Source of the DNA: Nemertoderma westbladi
Lineage: Eukaryota; Animalia; Xenacoelomorpha
Assembly (NCBI GenBank): GCA_032718475.1
Contig: JAUCBJ010006630.1
Location: forward strand, 23,117-87,116
DNA length: 64,000 nt
Direction: 5' to 3'
This document shows, piece after piece, positions 12,649 through 25,915 of this stretch. Both the position numbers and the translations under genes were made by a program. The stretch's first letter is position 1; every line of letters starts with the position of its first letter. The notes beneath the pieces are model-generated. The model saw only the letters and a list, made by a program, of their open reading frames with translations. It made no database searches and was not told the origin of the DNA.

Positions 12649-13105
12649 CTAGGTCGAGCAAGCTCGGAAAGTGAAAACGAGATCCTTCCAGGCTTCCATC
12701 TCCTTCCATCTCATAGTTGTCGCAATTTCGTTGCTCCCAAGGTCAGTATCCCATTCAAGTTGATTTATATATGTTATGGCCTGTCGTCCACGACTACGCT
12801 TTCCATGAGTTGGTTGCCAGAGAAGTAGATCTGGTATGACCCCGTCTTTACTTCGCCAGCAGTGCCCACTGAATCTTAATCTGCGTTTATGGAGGGTGGT
12901 TGATACAGGTGGTATTGTACCATAAATCTCGGCGTTTGTCATGTGTTGTCTCCAGCTGAAGTTTAGCGCTGCCCATAGTAGTCTTGTATATCAACCATCA
13001 ATTCGTTGTGCAGGTGATTTAGTCAGTGTCCAGGTCTCACCCCCGTATTAAAATACACTTTCCACTGTGACTCGAAAGAACTTAGTCTTCAAGTGCCTGA
13101 AGAGA
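12649..13105 (-). pseudogene. LINE A ORF C-terminal part
   Basis: RRLRFSGHCWR...LLWQPTHGKRSRGR, an RTE-type C-terminus; continues WKSDLSR from 15421 once the insertion is removed. Confidence 0.85.
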
Positions 13106-13192
13106 GTCAGGTCAGGTCAGTTCAGTTCAGGTATTCTAGGTCATTGATCAAGAAAACTTGCCACCTCCATGCAGCATAAAGGAAGTGCCAAC

Positions 13193-14453
13193 TGTTCGCG
13201 GTATTTCAACTTTTCCTAACGCAAGTTGAATATTTTTTGGATTTAATTTTAATTAATATTCCGATATCACTACTGGGTGCGGGAACATGGGATTTGGGCA
13301 CATTAAATGGACTGGGGGCGATTTATGGGCAAATATTGGGGCGACTTACGGGGTACGGGACTCATTTCATGTTTTTAAGGGCCAGGGGTGGGAGGAAAAG
13401 TTAAGCAGTATTCAGGTTTGCCTGATTACTATTAGGCCTAGCCAACTTCCTGCTGCCTGTAGAGGTGGATTTGGTAACTCGCTAGGTCTAAAGGACAAGG
13501 ACTACATTTAGCGGTCCCTGGCCAACAGCAGTTATTACGAGCCTGAAAAGGACATCAGAAAGTCTGCTGCTTGTGTCAGGGATTTGCGACGGGAACCGAC
13601 GACAGACCCCTAGCCAAGCCGTACTGGTTCCTGACCGATCCCTTCGGGGTTCGGGAAGGGTGGGATGGACACGCGAACGGGTCGACCGACTAACGGAGGA
13701 AGGGTTCGACGAGGACTGCCTTCCTGAAGTGGGTTCCACAACCGGCGTTAGTACGAGCCTGAATAAGGACTCGGAAAACCACCAACCATTGGGGCTCACG
13801 ACGGGCTGACAGACCCCTTGCCAAGCCGTACTGGTACCTGACCGATCCCTTTGGGGTTAGGGAAGGTTGGGACGGACACGCAAACGGGTCCACCGACATG
13901 ACAGACCCCTAGCCAAGCCGTACTGGTTCCTGATGATCGATCCCTTCAGAGTTCGGGAAGGGTGGGACGGACACGCAACCGGGTCTACCGACTGGACCGA
14001 CCCTTAGCCAAGCCGTACTGGTTCCTGATGACCGATCCCTTCAGGGTTTGGGAAGGGTGGGACGGACACGCAACAGGGTCGACCGACACCGACACCACAA
14101 TACCGAGACTAGGACCGGGGGAAAATTAGGGAACATTAGTTAGGCTAAAATCTGAGCGAACAGTGGGTAATTAAATAATGTACTGTAGGGATTTATATTG
14201 TCGTGTTATATTATTGTGAATATTTGGTGTATATTTGTTTGGGGAAGCCCAACTTATTCTCAATCAACTGTAGGGAAGTTACATTAAAGAGTATATCCAA
14301 CCAATGAAACTTTTCCTCAACCGCAATCTTGCATTTAAGAACGTATTCCTTCTCCACTACCAATATCCGGTGACTGGCCGGGATTCCGTGGTCTGAAAAG
14401 TTTCGCCTCCAGCATCGGCGTTTTCCCCCATGGTGTCTGGAATAACGGCAACA
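13193..14453. mobile_element. Solo LTR
   Basis: TGTTCGCG...GGCAACA termini; flanks CCAAC/CCACC (one mismatch); removing it restores the sequence seen uninterrupted at 29815-29835. Confidence 0.75.
13600..14090. repeat. Tandem repeat of roughly 85-100 bp units inside the solo LTR (about 4 copies)
   Basis: Repeated GACCCCTAGCCAAGCCGTACTGGTTCCTGA...TCCCTTC...GGAAGGG...GGACACGC. Confidence 0.8.
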
Positions 14454-15420
14454 CCACCTGTAGCTGCATAGACCCTCTTACTAGGGCAAATCTGGTCCTG
14501 TAACTAGGACCCCCTTCATTCTGGTTCGTTCTGGTTCCCCCTTCATTCTCTCGCTCACATATGTTCAGCGCCACCCGGTTGGGTAGCACCCACCATTCCC
14601 ATTGAGGCTGTGCCATAGGTCAGGACCGACCCTTCACCTTACTGCAGTTTTACTTACATCTTAGCCTACCGGTCGTTGTGCCTGTGTCTTCGATATTACC
14701 GCAGTACCGTGTTTGTGCTGCATACCTATCTGTCCCATTATACTGTTATACAGTTATATGAGTTGTGATACATATACGTTTGCCTTTGTTGCTGTTCATA
14801 CACCAGCGTCTACTTTACCTTGGCGCAGCATACTTTCATGTCAGGTGAGGACCTTCGAATACGTAAGGGAAAGGCAGAGGCAGCCTTGAATAGGCTTTTC
14901 AGGATTTGGAAGTCACTGAGAATTATTTGGAAACTTAAGGTCCGATTATTTAGAGCAGCAGTAGTTCCAGTACTCCACTACGGGAGTCCATGCTGGGCTC
15001 TAACTGCTGAGGACAGCAATACTCTGGATAGCACATTCACAAGAATGCTACGCCGGGTTCATTGTGTCAAGTACAATGCACACATCTCCAACCAGACACT
15101 ATATAATGTTGAAGGTGTCTCATTGGTTCCCCCAAGCTAGACACTAGAACAAAATCGCCTCCGCTTTGCAGTACATTGCTTTCACCGTGAGGACCAGCCA
15201 GTGCATAATCTTGTACTTTGGCAGCCTCATGGAGTGAATAAGCATGGTGGACAGCCCATGACTTTCTTGGGACGCATCATAAAGGACCTGGCCTTGAAGA
15301 TGCGGATGATCTAGCAAATGTCATGGGTAATAGGGAGTTGTGGCGGTGCAATTTTGTCGATAAACCGACACAGCATTCTTAAAAATGCAGCTGCAATGCA
15401 GCATGCCGATCCTAGTAGTA

Positions 15421-17880
15421 GCCTGGAGAGATCTGATTTCCAGATGGTATCCATTTTTGATAGAGCTACCCAAGCCTTTGCTTACCTAACTTCTATGTCC
15501 TTTTTGCTACTCTCTATCCATCATCCAAGGTACTGGAAGTCGTCGACCTTCCTTAATTGATTATTATCAATGGTTGACAAGTTTCCATCAACATTAAAGG
15601 TCATGAATTCGGTCTTGGTAGCATTTATATGCAATCCAACCTCCTCAGCAGCTCTCTCCACTTTATTTAGTAGAATCTGTGCATCTGCTAGCGCATTACA
15701 GAGCAGGGCGATGTCATTCACAAAGTCGGTGTCTGTGACCGTAGTTGCCGGATATCTACTACTTCTGCGTTCTTGAAGTGTGAATCCCAGATATTCACCC
15801 TTTGTGGCCGTCCTCATTGCGTAATCCTGCACAATTACAAATAGTAATGGTGCTAATGTGTCACCTTGCAGTACGCCAGCCAGGATTGAGAAAAACTCAG
15901 TTTCACCTTCTGCTGAGAGTACATGCGCTTCTGTGTCACAATATAACAATCCAATGCCAGCAACAATTACTTCTGGTATTCCATAAGCTCTTAGGATTTC
16001 AAGCATTTTACCTCTATGGATGGAGTCGAATGCCTTTTTGAAGTCCGCAAAAGTCATGACTGCGGGGAGATTTTTTGACTTAATTCCTTCAATCAGTCTT
16101 CGTAGGGCAAGTATCTGAGCTATTGTTGATCTACTTGGTCGAAATCCGTCTTGGCTCCTACGCAGTAGTTTCTCTATGTGAGGCCTAATCCTATATAGAA
16201 TCATTTTATTGTATATTTTGGCAGCTACCACAAGCAGACAGAACCACAATAGTTTATTGGTATGCCGAGGTCTCCTTTCTTGGGGAGAGGCTTTAGTTGA
16301 CCTTTACTCCAAATTGGTGGTGGCTTTTCCCCTTTTATCATCCGGTTGCAAACATTCAATAATGGTCTGTTTAGCACTCCAGTTTTCCATACCTCTGCTG
16401 GGATTCCATCTAATCCACTCGCTTTATTATTGGACATGCTTTTAATGCTTCTTTGGAGTTCGGCAGGTGTGAAGGCCCCTGTTTCTATAGGTAGTGAGTG
16501 TCTTGTCATATATTTTCCTTGTGGGCTGATTTTGATGTTTGGTGGCTGCCCAAGCAAGTGGCTGAAGTGATTTTTCCACTTCCCAACACGTTCTTCAGGA
16601 CTATCGGCTTTGAGGCGCCCCTTTGCACAACTTTTCCGACCAGATACCTCATTTACAGTTTGCCAGGTAAATCTTGATTGTTGCTGTATGTGAGCAGGTT
16701 TAGTTGCTTCAATTTTATCCTGTATGTACTTTTCCTGGCTGATGTTGTAGGCCAATTTAAGATCGTCCTTAGCTTTCTCAACCTTGTTAATTTTTTTGGT
16801 TGTTGGTTGTTTGGTTCTCACTTTGTAGACTATCTTAAGATCTTCTCTCTTACAAGTAACCTCAGAGTTTTGCCATGGCACATACAGTTTTCGTTTGGGT
16901 TTCTGGGGGATATGCTTCTTAGCTGATTCCTTGTGGTCTGTTATATTCTGGCATATTGAATCAGTGGACTGGTCTTCATCCGTTGACTGAAGTGCTTCAA
17001 AGCGGTTTTGAACTTCTATTGTGTAAGCATCCTTTACAGCATTGTCAGTTCTGAGTTTCTCCCAGTCATAGTTGATTTGCTTGCTCGTCCCGGGCCTGCT
17101 GGCTCTCAAACTGAGTCTGATCTCTGCAGTCACAATTCTGTGGTCCGAACCAACTAGTTTGAATGAGCTGTATGCCTCGCATGCAGTTGATCATGCTGTT
17201 TCTCCACTTTTTGTTTATAAGGATGTAATCTAGTTGTGCTTTGGTTCCATTAGGGTATTGAAAGGTCCATAGCTTCCCCTTACTATTTTCGAATGTGTTG
17301 TTTGTTGGTATCAATTCGCATTCTTTCATTAGGTCTAAAAGTAAGTAACCATTTCTGTTAGAACTGGTGTTATATGTGTAACCCTTGATGTATTCTGGGC
17401 CAATTTGCACATTCGGGTCACCAGCAATGACTTTAACATCGTGTTTCGGAATGTCCTTTATAAGTCCAGTCAGGGTTCTTCATAATACTTAACTGCTTGT
17501 TCTGGCTCTCAGGCATTGGTTGGACTGTAGCAACATATAACTGTTGCCTTGGGATTCCCATCAAATGTTGCGATCATAACCCTGGAATTTATAGATTCGA
17601 TGTTGTTTAGGGTCTTAAGTGCAAATGGGCTTAGCAGAATTCCTACTCCACCAATTGATGCATTGGCCGAGTTTCTTACTACTGAGCTTGTTACTAACGT
17701 CCATCCATTTCCAATGTCATTGTACTTCATGGCAGTGTCTTCGTGAGAAATCCGATGTTCTTGGAAGCAGATGACGTTGATGTTATATTCCATTGCCATA
17801 GCAACCATGTCACCCTTTGGTATGTGCTTTCAGCGTGGGTGCGTTCATTGTAGCCGGTATTTCTCCTGGAGGGTTCTCAT
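15421..17880 (-). pseudogene. LINE A APE endonuclease-reverse transcriptase ORF, frameshifted
   Basis: APE motifs CFQEHR, GGVGILL, CYSPT, QLDYILI; RT motifs KASGLDGIPAE, DFKKAFDSI, GVLQGDTLAPLLF. Confidence 0.9.
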
Positions 17881-18004
17881 ACTCATATCTTTCAGTTGTG
17901 AGAGTAAATCGCTTGTGGTCGCAACTCCTACAAGCGTCTTCGCAGTAGGTCGCCGTTGGTTGATTACCTTCCACCGACCTTGTCAGCATGTCTAGCTGTT
18001 GGTT

Positions 18005-19195
18005 TGTTCGCGCTTTTAAGACCTTTGGCAGTTTAACCCGCCAAATCTATATGTCTTCTAGGTTATAAATCGACTTTAGCCTATGACAAGTATTTGACAA
18101 AAATAAATCCAACATTAGCCGAAGCCAGTCTATGCGCAACCATTCACCCGCTGGATATACCCGGGAGACTGGATTCGGATGCTTTAATTTGATTGCGGTG
18201 CAGGCCTACCGTACTATTCGATTGATCGTTAATATAATTCCTGACAAATATCATTCACTTTCGGGAAATATTAGCAGTTCCTTTAGGATGTGGCGCTCTA
18301 TCTATATAAACAGAGCTATGGCTTACACTAAACACAACGGAATGGATTATAAGTTACACATAAGGCGCATTCTTTAGGAGATGCTTTGTTACGCGGACAA
18401 GCACATACAGACTATTGCACACCGCTGCACACTGAATTGCCGATAGTCACTGATTTTAATCATATATAAAGAGAATAGCAACCGACATTTGTAGGGCCTA
18501 TAAAATAGCATTCAATTCACTACAAACCACGATAATATAAGTCGCAATTGCTATATGTAACCGGTCTCTCTAACCTTAGTGTATCAAGAAGATCGGGGTT
18601 TCTGATCGTTTATCGTTATTCTCCAAATAACAATATGTAAACAACTGATACAATTAATAACAAACAGTAAAAGGTACCGTACCGTACCGTACCATACCGT
18701 ACCGTACCGTACCGTACCGTACCGTACCGTACCGTACCGTACCGTACCGTACCGGTAACAGTTATGTGTTCTTATAATTAAAGCCGTTCTAATGTTGGAA
18801 TAATTCAGAATAATCCTATAGCCGATGTTCTAGGCTCTGGAAAAACCATCACACTGAACCCTGTGAGCTGTTGCAGGTAGCTTTCAACACAAAGAGGAAA
18901 AGCTCTCATTGGCAGAGTTCCATATTCCACAGATTCCACGAATGTCTAAATGCCGAACTATTCGGGTTTTTGCAGCCCTTAGCCAACACACAGGATGAAT
19001 CACTCTGCTTGGTTGACCTTGCTCTGGTTGGTTGATCGAACAGAACAAAGAGGCCATACATACAGCAAATCAGCCAATTATCCGGTAGCTTGTATCATTT
19101 GAGTTAGGGAGTTTTTCTTTAGAGTATTTGAGCGCATTGAGGGAAACTGGATTGCGAAGCAAAAGGGCCAGTTATATCCCACAAAAGCTTTTACA
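18005..19195 (-). repeat. 3' LTR of element 1
   Basis: Plus strand TGTTCGCG...AAGCTTTTACA; direct repeat of 28178-29700. Confidence 0.92.
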
Positions 19196-19221
19196 CCGCT
19201 CCCAGAAAATGGGATTTAATT

Positions 19222-20822
19222 CTATAAAATATAAAAAATCACAGTTTCTAAAATATAAAAATACTCTAAACAGTTAGTCTTTCTTGCGTGGACGGCGTTT
19301 ACGCAGTTTTTTAAAGCTAGCAAGAGTCCTTTTCTCTTTGGGGGGAGCCACTTTACTAGGAGGGCCATAACTCCTGGGTGAAGGGTGCAATATGATTGCA
19401 TCAGAAGGTGTAGGATTATGGTCGGGGTATCCGCCGTTTCGATATGCTTCTCCTCAAGCTGATTTTCCTCCGCTCGTAGCTGGATACGTTCATCCAAAAA
19501 CTCTCGCAGAGAATAGGGTCGTCCAAGTTCGATATCTTCTCAGAGATTCTGGACTTCCCGATCGAACTGAGATAAAGTTAATTCGTTTACCGCTTGGACC
19601 CGCTGCCGCAATTTACGTTTCTCTAAACAATTGTAGGTTCATTTTCCGATCTTTTGACGAATAGTGTCCAACGCATCTCGTACAACTCTCTCCTCTGCCT
19701 CAGTGACAGGTTGTATCGGGTTAAGCCGGGACGATGGTAAGGGTGAAACGGCGATATTAAATGTCCGTGTCCCAATCCAGCTAGGTAGGATGGGCTAATA
19801 TCTAGGAAGCCCACAACCGGGGTGCCACCGACTAATTGTTCAGGCAACACCAGATCTTTGAACAGTGAGTACAGCTCGGGAGGATCCTTCATACTAATAG
19901 GATCAAGAGTCTGAGGTCTCACTAGGGAATGATGAGGTCTGATTGAGTATTCCGGAACTCTGATCATCGGTTTATTTAAGGATCGTCTGAGTCGAACGAG
20001 CGTAGGTGATAGGTCAAACAAATTTCGCTCGAAACTCCCGCAAGTATAGCGAGTAAAACCGTGTTTAGTGCAACGTCTCCGTGGATGTTTAGGTCTTTCC
20101 GTTTGTTGGTTGGGTCTAGGGCATTCATCGCAATAATACCAAAGACGCACGTCTTGTAGGGGAGACGCGAGTGATCTTTCTCCAGCTTACAATATTCCTC
20201 CATCTGTTCGAAGCTATCCGGTACAACAGGTAGCGGTCGATCGGCGGTAAGATACATCATAGTGGAATAGAGCCGTTTGAGTTCTACCATGCCTTGTATA
20301 TCTTGAGATCTATATCTTGTATATCATGTATACCTTGAGGATATCAAGTTTCTAGATTCTGTTGACTGGTAATATCGAGATATGTTTCTCTCAAGAATTC
20401 CAGATATTTTGGTGAAGTCGCTGCGTTTATCCGGCTCTTCAACATCTTCACTTTCGAGTCGGTTTCGAATAGAATTTTCGTGTTCGAGTCTCAGTTTATC
20501 GTTCCGCTTCTGCTGGGTATGATATATAAATAAAACCATTTCTCTTTTGGTGTCTATATCGTTCGTATCGTGTAGGTCGATAGGATGACCAGTAGTTAAG
20601 AAGTCCATATACGTACCATTTACGACGCGCACAGCGAGCGGTGATTTTTCTACAGTCCAACCCAGGACATTGCTCCCGGGACATTGGCGGTTAGATATAA
20701 CGACCATCGTCCTCCGTAGTAGTTGGACCAGCGTCGCCGCGTATCAAGCTATCAACAAACGCTTGTAAAGGTAGAGTATATCGCTCCCTGATACCAAGAT
20801 CATCTTCTATCAACTCAATCAT
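19222..20822 (-). pseudogene. Accessory gene of element 1: N-terminal region with CxxC...CxxH module, exonuclease absent, frameshifted
   Basis: RLYSTMMYLTADRPLPVVPDSFEQM and RLWYYCDEC...RCTKHGFTRY align with RLYHMNMYLRHEEPLPAVRDQFDGM and KLFYKCGEC...RCPAHQFLRY in ORF 55628..59092. Confidence 0.75.
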
Positions 20823-22458
20823 ATCTGCTATATAAGTTTATCCATATTATAATGAGTTTATATTTAGGCGAGCGGGCGTCGCTGCCTACCCCTCTCTGCC
20901 CCCAGACAGTGCGAGATCCTCAGCGCTGGTGTACTTTCGCCGATGTGCCTATCGCCAACGTCGTAGCTGCACAACGACTACAACAACCAGCACGAGTCAC
21001 TCCACCGTCCGTCCCAAAGGCATAGATATACTTCAGGTTCTTACTGGAGAGTTAGGGCTACTTTTACAATTGCGACTCGCTACTGTAAACACACCTTAGT
21101 AGTAACATTCACCTACAAACGCACAAATTCCACGTAACTGTCTCAAATGGTACACATTCTATCACACATTCGGGTCATTTGTCCGTTAGTGCCTTCCAGA
21201 ATGTCACGTTGTTATTATGTATCCTTGGATACTAGCGGTGTGCTATTTATTCCGTATGCTATTCAATGAGCAAGCTTTTTATTGTTCTGTTAACTCGCTT
21301 CTAATTCTAGCGTGGTTGTTGCTATGGTGACATTATGGAAAGCTAGCGGTAGAATTAGGGTAATTCTCATGCATACAGATCTGGGATGCTATTTAATAGT
21401 AAGTCTTTAATGGTCAATATCATCTTTATATATGATTTTATGAATTTTATCGGCTATTGACTCTATATTGGAGATTCTCGCACACTAATACACTTAATAG
21501 GTGAATCTCCGCTCCCATGATCTATTAATTAATGGAATTTTGGGAATATTAAAAATTGTATAAAATAACAATTTATCAAATTCATTAAAAGATGAATTTA
21601 AATTTATTCCCGTAATTTTATTATTTAATATTAAATAGACACAATTTTATTCCAGAGCAAGTCTGGGGACTGGGATCCTTGATTCTAGGGATTTGTCCTT
21701 TTAAGAGTATCGGTAAGTGCTACGATATCTTAATCGACTAGAATTTTAAAGGATCTGAAATTTGACAGATTTTATAAATATTAATAATTAATATTTAGGA
21801 TGGGCACAAGTTTATTCCAGAACAAGTCTGGGGACGTTAACCACTGATTCTAGAAATTTGTCTTTCAAGTATATCGGTGGGTGCCGCGATATCTTAATCG
21901 ACTAGAATTGCAGATGGTCAAAGGGTTTAACAGATTTATTTTGCGTTTTACGCTACTGTTAAAGGGACATCACGCTACTATATGTATTATTTAATATACG
22001 GTATGAGAGCAATATCGCACGAAGCAATGTCAGTGTGAAGAGGCAAGTCGTTTCCAAGGTCTACCCAGAGCTTGGTTTAGCCGAGACACGAGGATCTGAA
22101 CTTTGCATTCCTAATACTCTGCCTACCAATAATACTTGAATATAGTAGGAGCTTTATTGTACTTTAATAAGTACAAACATTTCATCTTACTGTAGTTACG
22201 TATTTGTAATGTAATACGGACAGTAAGGAAAGAGAAAAAAGAATTATTTCTCGCCGTCGCACTAAATATATAATATATAAGTAATTAAGTAATAAACGCG
22301 AATATATATTGCACTAATCTACTAAATAATCGCTAAATAACATTCCACTAAATAAAATTAAATAAAACGATTATAATAAAATTACATAATAATACATACA
22401 TAAATATAAAATAATAAGAATGTAAAATAATATGGTCACACACCCACTCCATATGTTG

Positions 22459-25400
22459 TTATGTTATGGAGTCCCTAGATATTTGTCGGATTAGGGAAGT
22501 GGTCGTGGGAAGAGTATCTTGCCTTCCATAGTTTCCGGACAGTTTTCGGTCTCTTTCCAGTAAACATAAACGACCAGCTGGGCGATTGAGTTGTTGTGTT
22601 ACTTTCTCCGCTCCCTTGGCCTGTCTAATCTCAGCCGGGTTAAGGTGGGGAGGCCATTCATCTTCTTTACTTAGGAAGTCGGGTTCACCTAACCAGTCTG
22701 GAGTATCTGTCAGTTCTTGAGGAGTTGCTCCTCTGGAGGCGATGTCGGCTAGATTAATCGTCTCGGGGCAATGTCTCCATTGATCTACATTGGAGTTGAT
22801 GTCGTCATTATCTGAGGAGTATGATCTTCCCTCAGTTGGATCGTCTAACACACTGCTCTCATCTTCCCATTCTCTTACTTGATATACCTGATCTTTCAGT
22901 AATCTTTCCATGAGAGTTCTACGGGAAGGGCCAGTAAAGTACCAACCCACTCTAGTTCTTCCCGCATAAGCTTGTAGTGGTTGCGGTTGAGCAGGCCGTT
23001 TCTCCAATGTCTCGAGCACTTCATGCGCATTTTGACCGATGAGTATTTGGACTCCAGGGAAATCGGTGTTGAATCCAGGTATTTCAAGCTGCGGGGTGAA
23101 GTCGTCCTCATCCCAGTTATAAGGTTCCACTTGGCTGGTAGCGAAGTTCTTTATCGCTACCATTTTCACTGACCTTATGCTGTGTTCTCCTAGTTCATCC
23201 TGGGGGGTGGACAACGCGCCTACATAATAATCCGCTATTACGGTAGATTTCCAAACCTGCATAATTCCTGACATGTTTAACTTAGTTCGGAACTTGGGTT
23301 GTCCAGCAAAGATGTCTTTGGCTAGATATTTGTCGATGAATGTTCCTGTGCTACAGGAGTCAAGGAGGGCATTCACTATATAACTCCTTTTAGGTCCGTG
23401 GACCCTTAACTGTACTACAGGAAATTCTCGGATTCCTACATTGGAAGTTGGTGCTTTCCAAGATGGTTGTCGATCAGAAGTAGTTAGGGGGAGCTCACTG
23501 TCGGTTTCCTTCTCATACGTAAGTGCTCGATACACTGCAGTATTTATTAAGTAACAGGATTCGTTTTCGTCTGAGAATTCGTCCATATAGAATCCTTCCA
23601 TTTCAGAACTTTGGTCGGAGAATTCGTCCGTATAGAATCCTTCTATCTCAGAACTTTGGTCAGTGTCGTTCACATCACTGAATTGGACATGTAGTTCGGA
23701 CTCACTTACCTGACTCGGGTTGTTTCTTTCGAATTTGGTGTGCAACAAGATATGATGTTTCGCGCCGCACTTAGCACACCTCGCGTCGGAGTAACAGGTT
23801 CGCCGTTGGTGTCCTCGTCTGAGGCAATTATAACACAACCGCTTATCCCACATGACTTCACGTCTATCTTTTAATGATTTCTTTAGGAATTCATCACACA
23901 CATTTAAACGGTGGGGCCCGTCGCACAACACACATTTGGGCTTGATGTTACTTACTTTAACATGTGCTGTATGGTGCGCACTCGTTCTTTCCTCGGGCTT
24001 TCTTACATGAATTCTCTTAGGAGATGTAGGAGGAGTTTTTCTTACCTGTTCTCTCCTGTCATTGGTTCGAGACTTGAATTTACTTACGTCCTTTGGGGTT
24101 TTATTGTCATAGTAAGATCTTTCAGTGTCTTTCCCGCTGTCTTCCTCTTGAGAAGCCTGGCTTTCGCCGTCGTCTGTATAACACACTGGTATTACTTTTC
24201 TCCTAGAAATGGGTTTCTCACTTACCTTATTTTCCGGTGTCTTCTCTCTGGACTGCTTTAGGAGCTGTAATTTTACCTCTCCATCTAAGAATGACATGAG
24301 ATCAGCCATGGTAGGGTCTCGTCGTTGTTGTTCCATCATATATAACACTTTCTTGTCCCAGTGTGTACCTACTCTACCCTTGGGCAAAGTAGATGCTAAG
24401 GCTCCTACAACCATAGAATTCTGGTATTCATGAGACTTACCTAACCAATCTAGTTGTCTACAGATCTCCTGAATCTCGTCGGAAAACTCTATAATCCCGC
24501 TGCTAAGAAACTTTCGGGGCGCCATTAATTTTGCATACAAATACCTAGCTATGTTTGTCCTATTACCATACCTGATGTTTAGTGTATCCCAAACTTGTCT
24601 TAATCCATCTGGATGTCCAATAAACTTTAACGCCATTAACTTGGGAGGTCCTTCCAAACACTCGATGAGGAATCTAAGTTTCTCTCCGTTAGATAGTACA
24701 GAGTTCTGTATGTTATCTTTGTAATATTCATTAAAAGGTAACCATTTCATCTCATCTCCATTGAACTTGACGATCTCTCCACCTTTACCGCTTGACGGGC
24801 TTTGGTTCTAGCCATTTGACGCGTAAAACTTTCTTGGGCCATCGTATTATTTAATATCGAATTATCGGTATATAAATTTCTCGGATTATGATCAGGTCTA
24901 TATGGAATATCATTGTCAACAGGTTTATAATTACCCTTAATAGGGTTTACTATAGGAGTTTCTACTTCACTAGCAGTATAGATACGTGTAGGCTCCACAC
25001 CTTGTGCATAAAATACTTCAGACCTAACAGGTTGACACATTGTTACAGAGGGTGGTGGTATACCCTTTTGTAAATTTACTAATTTATCGCGTTCTGACGC
25101 AATACTCTGCTGCACTTCTTGCAACGCTAACCTACACTCTCTTACTGCTCCCTTTAACTGCTGAACAGTCCCTTCCAACTCCCGGACCTGCTGGGAGGAA
25201 CATTTACAATATTCCCTCAGCTGCCCGAGCAGGAGACCCATCTCCCGTCGTCCCTCAGCTACCCACTCGACCGCCGAAGCGGGAGTCGCCAACGTAGTAG
25301 CGGGCAAGCGAGAGACGACGGGCGATAAATTCTTGATATCTCGCTCAGCGTTCAGGGTGGGTTCGGACTCGGGAACAGTCCTACTGGGCACAGGTAGTTT

Positions 25401-25915
25401 CGTGCTGTGCAAAGGGAATTTAGAGGTAGGTTCTGGGAGTACAGGTGTCTCTATCACCGAAGGGGTGGCTTCGAGAACAGGCCTACTTATTTCAGGCTCA
25501 TCTACTATAGTAGGGAGTCTTTCTATTGTAATAATTTGGTCTGTGGGTTCTGTACTACCTAAGTCTGTGCTAGCTAGTCTCACCGCAGGAGGCAAGTTAG
25601 GTAACTTGGACAGTGTGGCATTCTTCTACGCCTGCTTGAACGAGATTTATTACCTCTACTTTCGGGATCTCTTATATCACCTTCATCGGAGGAGGCAAAT
25701 CCCTGTCTTCTGGTTTGTCTCCTCAAGTCTGCTTCTGCCACTGCCTCTGCCGCTTTTCTTTCTGCTTCTGCCGCTGCTACTTTTCTTTCCGCTTCTGCAG
25801 CTGCCGCTGCTGCTGCTTTTCTGTCTACTATCCTTTCAAGACACTGTCCAAGTTGAAGACTCATTCTAACACCTTTCAAAAGACTATCTGACAGTGCCCG
25901 TTTTGTGTCAGACAT
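22459..25915 (-). pseudogene. Bel/Pao gag-protease fused in frame to short RNase H and integrase C-terminal remnants
   Basis: Bel/Pao gag core (LSNGEKLRFL...L..RYG); three zinc knuckles CVLC..H....C, CYNC...GH....C, CAKC...HH..LH; protease ALLDSCS; WRHC..TINLAD and LNRP..RL remnants; frameshifts near 24750 and 25590. Confidence 0.88.

Larger units (their letters stand above)
13106..15420 (+). mobile_element. Internally deleted/chimeric LINE B-family element (5' UTR plus 3' end)
   Basis: TSD GCCTG(A/G)AGAGA at 13095-13105 and 15421-15431; 5' part matches LINE B 29800-29885; 14840-15420 matches LINE B 47002-47577; TAG tail. Confidence 0.8.

Noticed and set aside
13925-14070. CTGATGA followed by a stem, resembling a hammerhead ribozyme core
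   Set aside because: No GAAA after the stem, and other repeat units read CTGACCGA
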